Of a stretch of DNA of 64,000 nt, positions 29,373 through 38,363 are shown piece by piece (position 1 is the stretch's first letter; every line of letters starts with the position of its first letter). The position numbers and the translations under genes are program-made. Origin of the DNA: Planctomycetota bacterium (GTDB lineage Bacteria; Planctomycetota; UBA1135; UBA2386); NCBI GenBank assembly GCA_965223545.1, contig OZ245006.1, positions 6,144,001 to 6,208,000 on the forward strand, written 5' to 3'. The notes beneath the pieces are model-generated. The model made no database searches and was not told the origin of the DNA. It worked only from the letters and a program-made list of their open reading frames with translations.

Positions 29373-31778
29373 GTGCGCATTCTCGGCTTGCTGATCCTCG
29401 TGCTGGCGCTCGCCGCCAGCGCGTCGCTCCACCTGCTGGTCGAAGGTCTGGTCTGGCTGGCGATCGCCGCGACCGGGGTCCTGCTGTTGGCGGTTTTCTC
29501 GCTGGCGGCCCTGCTCGGCGCGCTGCTGCCGCGCCGCCCGCCGCGGCTGCCGACGGACCGCGGCGCTGATGCGGCGGTGTCGGTCGTCGTTCCCTCGTGG
29601 AACGGTCTGCCGATGTTGCAGCGCCTCGTCCCCTCGGTGGTCGATGACCTGCGGTCGGTGCCCGGCGATCATCAAATCATCGTGGTCGACAACGGCAGTG
29701 ACGATGGCACTGCGGAGTGGCTGGCCGACGCGCACCCGAAGGTCGAGGTGGTGGCGCTGACGGAGAACCGATTCTACGGCGGTGGGGTCAGCGCGGGCGC
29801 GCGGCGCGCCACGCGCCCGGTGCTGGTCCTGCTCAACAACGACATGGTGGTCGAGCCCGGCTTCTTCGCCGCGCTGCTGGCCGGCGTGGCCGGCGAGCGG
29901 GTCTTCGCCGCGACCGCGCAGATCACGCTGCCGGACGGCAGGACCCAGCAGGAGTCGGGCAAGACGCGGGGGTGGTTCGAGCGCGGAGCTCTGCTCCTGT
30001 CGCATCGACCGATCTCGCCCGCCGACGAACGCGTCGGCAGCGTGCCGGCGTTCTGGGCCGGAGGCGGTTCGTCTGCTTTCGACCGCGCGACCTACGAGGC
30101 GTTGGGCGGGATGGACCCGATCTACGACCCGTTCTACTTGGAGGACACCGACCTCAGCTATCGGGCGTGGAGTCAGGGAGTGCAGGTGCTGTACGTTCCG
30201 GCGGCGCGCGTGCGGCACGAGCACCGCGGGACCGTGCGCCGCTTCGGCGATGCGTTCGTCGCGCGCATGCTGCGCCGCAACCACTATCAGTTCACCTGGA
30301 TCAACCTCGGTGATCCCGGTGCAATCGCCAGCCACTGTCTGTGGCTGGCGCCCGCGGCGATCGGGCGCGCTCGGCAGCAGGCCGGGCCGGGGCGCGCTGC
30401 GCTGTGGGGCGAGGTGACGGCACTGGCCAGCGCCGTCTGGCGGCTGCCCCGTATCCTGCCGCGCCGACTGCAGCGCCAGCGGTCGCGCGTGCTCGACGAC
30501 GCCCAGGTCTGGCAGCGCGCCAACCGCGGGCCGCGGCCGGCGCCGCCACCGGCACCGAGCGCCGGCGCGCCGATGCCGAGCCTCAACCTCCTGGTGTTGG
30601 CAGCGCGGCTGCCGCGGCTCGATACCGACGGGTCGTGGATCCTGTTCAACCGGCTGGCGGAGCAAGTGCGCCATCACCGCGTCACGCTGTTCGCCTATCT
30701 CGATCGCGCCGAAGACGCGGAGTACGAGGCGCCGCTGCGGGCGCTGGGCATCGACGTCCGTTCCCACCTGCGCAGCCCCGGCCGCAACGAGCTCGATGTG
30801 CATCACCGCGTGCCGCGGCGTCTGGCACGAGACTACAGCGCGGCGCCGATGCGGCTCGCGCTGCGCAATGTGCTCGAGACCGTCGACTTCGACGTGCTGC
30901 AAGTCGAGTACGTCGAGATGGCACACCTCCTCGATGGGATGCTGGAGGAGTTGCCCGCGGTCTACACCGTGCACGAGTCGCTGACGGTCTTGCACCGGCG
31001 GTTGCACGAGCGTGCCGCCGGCGTGGCCCGCTGGCGGGCCGCGTGGCAGTGGGCGCAGGCCCTGCGCTACGAGCAGCAGCTGCTGAGTGGCTTTCGACGG
31101 GCGGTGGCGCTGTCGGCGACCGATGCCGATGCTCTCCGCGACGCCGGCGCCGCGCTGCCGATCACGGTCATTCCGAGCGGTATCGACGAGCGTCGCTTCG
31201 CGCCGATGCCGGAAGTGGTCGAGCAACCGATCATCTCGTTCGTCGGCTACTACCAACACCCGCCGAACATCGACGGCGCGGTTTGGTTGGCGCGAGAGGT
31301 GTTCCCGGTGGTGCGCCGCGCGGTGCCGGGCGCAGTCTTGCGCATCGTCGGTCGCGAGCCGTCACCGCAGGTCGAAGCCCTGCGCGACGTGGCTGGCGTC
31401 GAGGTGTGCGGCTTCGTCGCCGACCTGCGCCGCGCGATGGCGGAATCGGCGGTGATGGCGGTGCCGGTGCGGTTGGGTGGAGGCCTGCGCGGCAAGGTGC
31501 TGGAGGCGTGGTCTGCCGGCAAGGCCGTGGTCACCACTGCTGTCGGTGCCGAGGGGTTGCCGGCCGTGCACCGGGAGAACGCGCTGATCGCCGACGATGC
31601 GCCGGCGTTCGCTGCGGCGTTGGTGGAGCTGTTGTCCGACGATGAGCAGCGCGCGCGGCTGGGCGCCGCCGGCCGCGAGCTGGTGTGCGATCGGTTCAGC
31701 GCCGCGGCGGTCGCGCGTGCCTACGACCAGGTGTACCGGCAGTTGCTTTGGGGGGGAGGCGGCGATGCCGAACGATGA
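29373..31778 (+). CDS. Fused GT2 + GT4 glycosyltransferase with N-terminal TM segments
   Basis: GT2 motifs VSVVVPSWN, VVDNGSDDG, LLNND, YLEDTDLSYRAW; GT4 motifs GGGLRGKVLEAWSAGKAVVTT. Confidence 0.9.
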   Translation: MRILGLLILVLALAASASLHLLVEGLVWLAIAATGVLLLAVFSLAALLGALLPRRPPRLPTDRGADAAVSVVVPSWNGLPMLQRLVPSVVDDLRSVPGDHQIIVVDNGSDDGTAEWLADAHPKVEVVALTENRFYGGGVSAGARRATRPVLVLLNNDMVVEPGFFAALLAGVAGERVFAATAQITLPDGRTQQESGKTRGWFERGALLLSHRPISPADERVGSVPAFWAGGGSSAFDRATYEALGGMDPIYDPFYLEDTDLSYRAWSQGVQVLYVPAARVRHEHRGTVRRFGDAFVARMLRRNHYQFTWINLGDPGAIASHCLWLAPAAIGRARQQAGPGRAALWGEVTALASAVWRLPRILPRRLQRQRSRVLDDAQVWQRANRGPRPAPPPAPSAGAPMPSLNLLVLAARLPRLDTDGSWILFNRLAEQVRHHRVTLFAYLDRAEDAEYEAPLRALGIDVRSHLRSPGRNELDVHHRVPRRLARDYSAAPMRLALRNVLETVDFDVLQVEYVEMAHLLDGMLEELPAVYTVHESLTVLHRRLHERAAGVARWRAAWQWAQALRYEQQLLSGFRRAVALSATDADALRDAGAALPITVIPSGIDERRFAPMPEVVEQPIISFVGYYQHPPNIDGAVWLAREVFPVVRRAVPGAVLRIVGREPSPQVEALRDVAGVEVCGFVADLRRAMAESAVMAVPVRLGGGLRGKVLEAWSAGKAVVTTAVGAEGLPAVHRENALIADDAPAFAAALVELLSDDEQRARLGAAGRELVCDRFSAAAVARAYDQVYRQLLWGGGGDAER

Positions 31779-32328
31779 ATCGTCGGTGCGGCGCGCAGTG
31801 TTGTTCGCCACGGCGCCCCCAGCGCTTTCGCGCGACGTCATCCGCGCGGCGCGGGCACGGTTCCCGGAGGTCGCGTGGACGGTCTACTACCGAGCGACGG
31901 AGCGGGCGGAGCTGATCGATGTGCTCGACGGAGTCGACGCGCGCATCGACAAGCCGGCGGGATCAAAGCGCGCGTTCTTGGCCGCGATCCGAGCCGAGCG
32001 CTTCGATCTCGCGGTGGTGGTGTGGGGTGGGCACCGCACCTACGACCGGATGAAGATCGTCGCCCTTTGCTGTGGTGCGCGCGCGCGCTTGGTCTACGTG
32101 CGTCCGGCTGAGTCGTTCTACCTAGATGGGTTCACGTTGCGGGGGATTCGGCACGCGCGCTGGTATCCGCAGCTGTCGCGCGGCGACCACGCGTTGGTAA
32201 CCACGTTCGCGGCGTGGTGTTACCGGTGGAGCATCGGTTGGCTCGTCGGTTGGGCGGGAGCGTGGAGCGCTTGGTGGCGCGCGAAGGCGCGGCAGCGGGC
32301 GAGAACCGCCGATCGCCAGGGCACTTGA
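31765..32328 (+). CDS. Hypothetical protein in the glycosyltransferase operon
   Basis: Overlaps the GT stop; IRAERFDLAVV resembles GT9-like N-terminal domains; hydrophobic C-terminus. Confidence 0.55.
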   Translation: MPNDESSVRRAVLFATAPPALSRDVIRAARARFPEVAWTVYYRATERAELIDVLDGVDARIDKPAGSKRAFLAAIRAERFDLAVVVWGGHRTYDRMKIVALCCGARARLVYVRPAESFYLDGFTLRGIRHARWYPQLSRGDHALVTTFAAWCYRWSIGWLVGWAGAWSAWWRAKARQRARTADRQGT

Positions 32329-32409
32329 CAGCCCGAGCGGGGCCTCTGAAGATCCGCCGCGCCACCCCTCTTCTCGTCACTGCGTTCGCAGCTTCAGACG
32401 CACCTTCAT

Positions 32410-33828
32410 ATGCTCGAACGAATGCTCCCGACGGTCGTGCGTACGCGCACGCTCGGTTTGCTCGCAGGCGTAGTCGTCTCGGTCGCCGCCGGAATGGCGG
32501 CGCAACCCGGGGCGCCCGACCGCGGCCAGTCGCGCTATTGGACCATGCCCAACGAGGTCATGATCCCGAGCTTGACCGTGGTGCGGCGCGAGACCATCAC
32601 GCTGTCGCAGCCCGGCACCTTGTTGGTCGCCAGCGACGGCCACGTGCGGCCTGCATCATGGCCGAGCTGCGCCGCGGCTTGGATGTGGATTACGGTCGAT
32701 GGTGTGCCCTTGTCCAACACGTCGACCGTGGACTGGTGGGGCGCGATCGCGCCGCAGCCGCACTCGATCAGCTGTCGCGGCGTGACGACTCTGTCCGCCG
32801 GCCAGCACACGATCGAGCTCGTGGTCGATGCCCGTGGCGGATCGATTCGTCTCGCGCAAATGACCAACCTGTCGGTGTACGTCAATCCCGCCCGGTACGT
32901 GGCGCAGCAACGACTCGCCGCCGATACCCCGCCGATCGTCACGCAGTTTCCGGTCAAGCCCGGGTCGTCGCGCTGTGTATGGGGCAACATCCCATTCGTC
33001 AGCGTGCTCGATTTGGAGATGCCGACCGAGGATCTGCCGGCGATCTTCTTCGGCTCGGGCAGGACGTTCGTGACGGCGAGCGCGGGCGACTCGATGGTCG
33101 GGTTCTTCCAAGATCAGGTCAACGAGGCCAACGAGGGGCAGCTGCAGTTCAAGGGGTCGTGGTCGGTGCAGGACCTGTTCCCTTCGGCGGAGCTGCACGC
33201 CGCCGTCTTCTGCCAGGGCGTGTTCACCGGCACGCCTCCGAGCGCGGAGTTCCGGCCGCGCGTGACCCTGGGGGCTTCCGAGTTTCCGCCCTCCAACCAC
33301 CCCAATCAGCTGCTCGGCTTCAAGGTCGGTGCCGACGCGACGCTGGTCGGGTTGGCGGGTGGACTGACGGTCACGGGCTCGGCGGGGACGGCCAGCGGCT
33401 TCAACTGCCAGCCCTTCTGCGTCGGCGGAACCGGCTCCGGGTGCGGTCCGCTGTCCAGTCTGACCCTGGTTTCTCGCGCGGTGATCGACATCCCCGCCGG
33501 GCACGACGGGATCGTGTTCTTCTCGGCCGCCGTCCGCTGTCAGGGCGACCCGGGTGACGAAGCCTCCAACATCACGCTGTTCCTGCAAGTCGACGGTCAG
33601 TCCAAGAGCTCGATCGGCCGCCAGGGAATCGGTGGTTGGCTCGGCGGCTGGGATGCCGCCCAGAGCCAGCGCACCTTGGGCGCCTCGTTTCTGGCGACCG
33701 GGGCCGATGCCCTGGCGCCGGGCCAGCACGTCGTCGAGGTCTACGCGCGCGCGTTCGCCACGACCGTTCCTGCGCGCGTGCAGCGCATGTCGATCTGGGA
33801 CGACGATCCCTTCCTGGTTTGGTTCTGA
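32410..33828 (+). CDS. Secreted hypothetical all-beta protein
   Basis: Signal peptide; related N- and C-terminal segments (ITVDG..LSAGQHTIELV and LQVDG..LAPGQHVVEVY). Confidence 0.7.
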   Translation: MLERMLPTVVRTRTLGLLAGVVVSVAAGMAAQPGAPDRGQSRYWTMPNEVMIPSLTVVRRETITLSQPGTLLVASDGHVRPASWPSCAAAWMWITVDGVPLSNTSTVDWWGAIAPQPHSISCRGVTTLSAGQHTIELVVDARGGSIRLAQMTNLSVYVNPARYVAQQRLAADTPPIVTQFPVKPGSSRCVWGNIPFVSVLDLEMPTEDLPAIFFGSGRTFVTASAGDSMVGFFQDQVNEANEGQLQFKGSWSVQDLFPSAELHAAVFCQGVFTGTPPSAEFRPRVTLGASEFPPSNHPNQLLGFKVGADATLVGLAGGLTVTGSAGTASGFNCQPFCVGGTGSGCGPLSSLTLVSRAVIDIPAGHDGIVFFSAAVRCQGDPGDEASNITLFLQVDGQSKSSIGRQGIGGWLGGWDAAQSQRTLGASFLATGADALAPGQHVVEVYARAFATTVPARVQRMSIWDDDPFLVWF

Positions 33829-33854
33829 ACCGTCCGGCCGCAAGGAGCTTTGCC

Positions 33855-35534
33855 ATGAGTCGCTGGAAACCCTGCTGTTGGTCGGTGCTGCTCGCGCTGT
33901 TGGCGCCGGCCGTGTCGGCCCAAAACATCCTCTACACCCTGACCGGCGAGCGGCCCGGCGATCACTTCGGTTGGGCGATTGCCAACTTGGGTGATCTGAA
34001 CGGCGACGGCGACGGCGACTTTGCGGTCGGCGCCCCGTACGCGGACTACGCCGGCTCCGACTCGGGCGCGGTGTTCGTGATCTCTGGTGGCACCGGCACG
34101 CCCTTGTTCCGCATCAACGGTCCGGCGGCGATGTCGTTCTTCGGGCACTCGGTGGCGGCCGCCGGCGACGTCAACGGCGACGGCACCATGGACATCATCG
34201 CGGGAGCCCCGGGCCATGACGGAGCCGGCACCAACGCCGGCTACGCGGGCATCTACTCGGGGACCAACGGTGCGCGTTTGCGGCAGATGCGTGGGCTGAG
34301 TGCCGACGACTTCTTCGGTTGGTCCGTCACCGGCAACCGGGATTTCGATGGCGACGGCAACGCGCGTGACGTCGCGGTTGGCGCACCGGGCGACCTCGAC
34401 ACCTTGGCGGTGGCCGGAACCGTGCGTGTGTTCAACGGCGCCAGTGGAGCGGTGATCCGCTCGCTCAGTGGTTCGCAAGCCGGCGAGCGCTTCGGCATGA
34501 CCGTGCTCGGTGTCTCCGACATCGACCAGGACGGCAGCGAAGACGTGGTGGTGGGGTCTCCGTTCTGGGATCGCGTAGGCGCGATGGACGCCGGCGCCAG
34601 CCACGCGTTTTCGACGGCGACCGGAGTGCTCCTGCACCAGAACTCGGGCGCGATCCGCAGCTCGCACTTCGGCATCTCGATGGCGACCGTGACCGACCTC
34701 ACTGGCGGGCCCGCCGAGGAGTACGTGGTCGGTGCGCGTTTCGAGCTGGATCGCGGTCGCGCGCACATCCTCAATGGCAACACCGGTGACACGTTCCGCA
34801 CTCACTGGGGGTTCGTGCGTTCGGTCTGGTTCGGTCAAGCCGTTGGCAACGCGGGCGATGTCGATGCCGACGGGGTCAGCGATGTGGTGTTCGGTGCGCC
34901 CCTGCACGGCGTGGTGCCCGGAGACTTGACCAACATCAGGGGGCAAGTGCGGGTCGTCTCGGGCGCCACCGGCCACACCCTGTTCAGCCAGGACGGGATC
35001 ACACACCAGGACTGGTTCGGCTTCTCGGTGAGCGGCGTCGGCAACGTCGACAGTGCGGCGGGGCCCTACGACGACTACGCCGCCGGCGCACCGCTCGCGT
35101 CGGGTGGGCGCGGTGAGGTCCGGGTCTTCGCCGGCGGCCAATCTTCGCTGTCCGCGTTGATCCTGGGACTGTCGACCGCCAACGGCGGGCGTCAGGACAT
35201 GAACCTCGACGCGGGACCGACCTACGGCGGCAGGACCTATCTGCTCGTCGGCACCGCCAGCTGGACCCGGCCCGGGTTCCAGTACGGCAGTGTGCTGGTG
35301 CCGCTGAACCCGGACCCCTACTTCTTGTTCACGGTCGGCTCGCCGGGCGCGGGGTTCATCACCCCCCAGCTCGGCACCTTGGATGCCTCGGGACGGGCCA
35401 CCGCGCAGTTCGTGCTGCCCAGCGGCATGAGCCCCAACCTCATCGGGCTGACGCTCAACCACGCGTTCGTCGTGCTCCAGGGCTCCCAGGCGCTGTTCGC
35501 GAGCAACCCGCTGCCGGTCTTCATGGAGTTCTAG
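33855..35534 (+). CDS. FG-GAP (integrin-alpha-like) repeat secreted protein
   Basis: AAGGAG RBS; signal peptide; about seven FG...GDxxGDG..D..vGAP repeats. Confidence 0.92.
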   Translation: MSRWKPCCWSVLLALLAPAVSAQNILYTLTGERPGDHFGWAIANLGDLNGDGDGDFAVGAPYADYAGSDSGAVFVISGGTGTPLFRINGPAAMSFFGHSVAAAGDVNGDGTMDIIAGAPGHDGAGTNAGYAGIYSGTNGARLRQMRGLSADDFFGWSVTGNRDFDGDGNARDVAVGAPGDLDTLAVAGTVRVFNGASGAVIRSLSGSQAGERFGMTVLGVSDIDQDGSEDVVVGSPFWDRVGAMDAGASHAFSTATGVLLHQNSGAIRSSHFGISMATVTDLTGGPAEEYVVGARFELDRGRAHILNGNTGDTFRTHWGFVRSVWFGQAVGNAGDVDADGVSDVVFGAPLHGVVPGDLTNIRGQVRVVSGATGHTLFSQDGITHQDWFGFSVSGVGNVDSAAGPYDDYAAGAPLASGGRGEVRVFAGGQSSLSALILGLSTANGGRQDMNLDAGPTYGGRTYLLVGTASWTRPGFQYGSVLVPLNPDPYFLFTVGSPGAGFITPQLGTLDASGRATAQFVLPSGMSPNLIGLTLNHAFVVLQGSQALFASNPLPVFMEF

Positions 35535-35727
35535 CGGTCCTCCGCGCTCCGCCGCGGTGCTCGTGCCGCGGATTCTCCCTTGCCACCGGCGTTGCTGGTC
35601 GGGGTTGCGGGACCTGGCGGCGCGTTCCGGTCCAGTGCGGCACGGCGCAAGCCAGCCGGTATCCTTCTCGGGGCATGCGGCTGCCTTCATCGAGGCATCT
35701 CCGCCGCCCCTGAGGCCCGCTTCGAGC

Positions 35728-37200
35728 ATGACCACCGTCACCATTCAGCCCACTGCCAGCCCCTCGCGCCCGACGTGGCCCGTGGTCTTGGCGGTGGCGT
35801 TCATGGCGGGGCCGGGCCTCTTCGACACCTACTCGGTGATGGCGCCGCCGGGCCGCTTCGGCCACAACTTCGCCAAGATCGTCGAAGGCGCTGCCTTGGT
35901 CCTGCTCGGCGTGTGGATGGTCTTTCGCGGCTGGTGGCCGCGCCTCAACCTGCCGGTGGCGATGGCGACGCTGTATCTCGGCCAGGCCCTGATGATGGGC
36001 TTCAACACCGAGTACGAAGAAGGCTACCGCTTCGCGGCGCTGAAGATCGTGCGCGTCGCGGCGGCGATGTACGTCATGTTCGCTTGCTGCCGTACGCGGC
36101 GCGATCTCGAGCACATTATCGTCGGCCTGAAAGCGATCTCGTTCTTGGCGGCCATCCTGGTCGCCATCGAGGTGATGATCCCGGGTTGGCGCTTGGATCA
36201 GGTGTTCGGCTCTTGGGGCCGCGGCGGTCGCGTCAAGGCGATGGTCCAGTACGAGGAAGTGCTGCAGGAGAGCTTTGTCCGTGCGCGAGGGCCGATGTCG
36301 CACCCCAACTGGCTCGGCTACTACTACGGGGTCACGCTGCTGCTGCCGCTCTATCTGTGGTCGCGCTACACCTCCGTCACGGCACGGGTCTTGATCGCGG
36401 CGACCACTGCGGTCGAAGTGCTGGCGTTGATCTTCGGCTTCGTCCGGCTCGGCGTGCTCGGATTCGGCATCGGAACGTTGTGGCTGATTCTGCGCGGCGC
36501 GGTGCGTTACCGCGGTCTCGCCCTCGGCGGAATCGCTGTCTCGATCGTCGTGATCTGGCCGTTTCTACCGAGCACTTGGATCTCCCGCGTCACCGACCCC
36601 GACCATTGGGCCAAGGACAAGTCGCTCGAAATCCGCCTCTCACAGCAGTTCGCCAATCTCGATGTCGTCAACCGGCACGGTGGCATGGGGGTCGGCTTCG
36701 GTGGCTACGGTGATGTCTTCTTCGACGAGGCGACGGGCGCGGTCGCAGAGCACTACCGGCAGCTCGACTTCTGGTTTGGCGAGAAGTTCAACCGCACCAA
36801 TCTCGGTAGCCACAACGTCTACCTGGAGATCTTCATCGAGCAGGGGTTGCTGGGGCTGGTGCTGTTCATGGCGATCTACATCGTCATGTTCCACCAGCTC
36901 CTCGGCAGCTACGCGCGCAACCGGGGCGACCCGGTCGCGCACCAGTTGGCGCGGACATTCGAGGCCATTCTGGTTTCGCTTGCCGTGATGAACGGCCTGA
37001 TCCACACCCAGGAGCGACGGATCCAGTGGTTGGTCTTCGGGCTGGTGGCTGCCTTCATCAGTCTGACCCACGCGGGATTGATGCAGCCCGGTCAGGCAAA
37101 GCCGGGGGCCATCCCGGCATCCGAGCGGGTCTGGGCGAAGCTGCGGCTCGTGGTGGTCCTGTTGCTACTCACGCTCTCCGCCTATCTGGCGGCGATCTGA
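35728..37200 (+). CDS. O-antigen ligase / Wzy_C family membrane protein
   Basis: Multi-TM; RARGPMSHPN, GVGFGGY, SHNVYLEIFIEQGLLG. Confidence 0.85.
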   Translation: MTTVTIQPTASPSRPTWPVVLAVAFMAGPGLFDTYSVMAPPGRFGHNFAKIVEGAALVLLGVWMVFRGWWPRLNLPVAMATLYLGQALMMGFNTEYEEGYRFAALKIVRVAAAMYVMFACCRTRRDLEHIIVGLKAISFLAAILVAIEVMIPGWRLDQVFGSWGRGGRVKAMVQYEEVLQESFVRARGPMSHPNWLGYYYGVTLLLPLYLWSRYTSVTARVLIAATTAVEVLALIFGFVRLGVLGFGIGTLWLILRGAVRYRGLALGGIAVSIVVIWPFLPSTWISRVTDPDHWAKDKSLEIRLSQQFANLDVVNRHGGMGVGFGGYGDVFFDEATGAVAEHYRQLDFWFGEKFNRTNLGSHNVYLEIFIEQGLLGLVLFMAIYIVMFHQLLGSYARNRGDPVAHQLARTFEAILVSLAVMNGLIHTQERRIQWLVFGLVAAFISLTHAGLMQPGQAKPGAIPASERVWAKLRLVVVLLLLTLSAYLAAI

Positions 37201-37367
37201 ACGCGCTACGCCCGGGTGGGCGGGCCGAGCCACCAATTACGGCTCGCGGTGTGGGGCGCGGCAGACTTCATCGTCCCTTTCACGCAGCTTCGCGGGTGGC
37301 GATTGCCGGGCGTGGTAAGGTGCCGGTCTCCCACAGGCAAGATCGAACCCTACAGAGGAGCTACACC

Positions 37368-38360
37368 ATGCAGACACGACACTTTCTCCCCGGCGTTCTC
37401 GCGTGCGCACTCGCGGGCACCCTTTCCGCGCAGGTCGTCATCAACGAAGTGGCCTACGACGGCGTCGGCAGTGACGACGGTCAGGTCTTCGTCGAGCTTT
37501 GGGGGCCGCCCGGCATGGACATCAGTGGGTGGGTCATCCAAGGGATCGAGGGGCGGCCCGGAAGCGCTGGTACTTGCAACAGCCAGAGCTTCTCGTTCCC
37601 CGCGGGCGCGACGATCCCCGCGGATGGTCTGGTGGTGGTCGCCGATTCGGATGCGGCGGGGGTGACGCTGGTGGCGAATGCCGACTACACCGACCCCAAC
37701 ATGGATCTCGAGAACGGCGAGGACGCCGTGCAGCTGATCGACAACAACGGCCGTGTGGTCGACGCGGTGGCCTATGGACCGGTCGACACCAGCGTGGGGC
37801 CGATGTCGGCCTGCAACGGTGGGGTCTGGTTCGAGGGCAATCCGGCGCGCGATGTGTTCGCTCCACTGTCGATCGAACGCTGCCCGGCGGGCGCGGACAC
37901 GAACGACAACGACACCGACTTCACGCCGAACTTTCCGAGCCCTGGCGTCGCGGAGAGCTGCTGCACGGCGATCGAGTATGTCAACCGGGGTGTGTTCAAC
38001 ACCTTGACGACGTCCAACGGTGACTCGGTCGGCTTGGACGCTTGGTTCAGCTGTGGCGCCAACCAGCCCTACCTGTTCCTGGCTTCCTTCACCGACCCCA
38101 CGGTGGTCGCTCCGCCGGCGCCGTTCCCGGTGTTCGATGCGTCGACTTCCACCATCGCCGGTTTCGCCAACGTGCCGCCGTTCGTCGCCTGGGGCGGAGT
38201 CCTCGACGGCAACGGTCGCGTGCTGGGCACCGCGGCGCTCGACTTCAGCACGATTCCGATCGTGCTGGGGATGCCCGCCACGACCTACATCGGCGCCGTC
38301 GCCTTCAGCAACGGCGGTGGAATCGTCGGCACCAACTCGGTGGAGATCAATCTGCAGTAG
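37368..38360 (+). CDS. Secreted lamin-tail-domain protein
   Basis: GAGGAG RBS; signal peptide; VVINEVAYD, FVELWG, LENGEDAVQL, VVDAVAYG. Confidence 0.85.
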   Translation: MQTRHFLPGVLACALAGTLSAQVVINEVAYDGVGSDDGQVFVELWGPPGMDISGWVIQGIEGRPGSAGTCNSQSFSFPAGATIPADGLVVVADSDAAGVTLVANADYTDPNMDLENGEDAVQLIDNNGRVVDAVAYGPVDTSVGPMSACNGGVWFEGNPARDVFAPLSIERCPAGADTNDNDTDFTPNFPSPGVAESCCTAIEYVNRGVFNTLTTSNGDSVGLDAWFSCGANQPYLFLASFTDPTVVAPPAPFPVFDASTSTIAGFANVPPFVAWGGVLDGNGRVLGTAALDFSTIPIVLGMPATTYIGAVAFSNGGGIVGTNSVEINLQ

Positions 38361-38363
38361 CGA

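Noticed and set aside
37201..37367. tRNA-like T-loop (GGGTTCGATC on the minus strand)
   Set aside because: The flanks do not form a cloverleaf. No tRNA, including tRNA-Sec, was recognised in the window.
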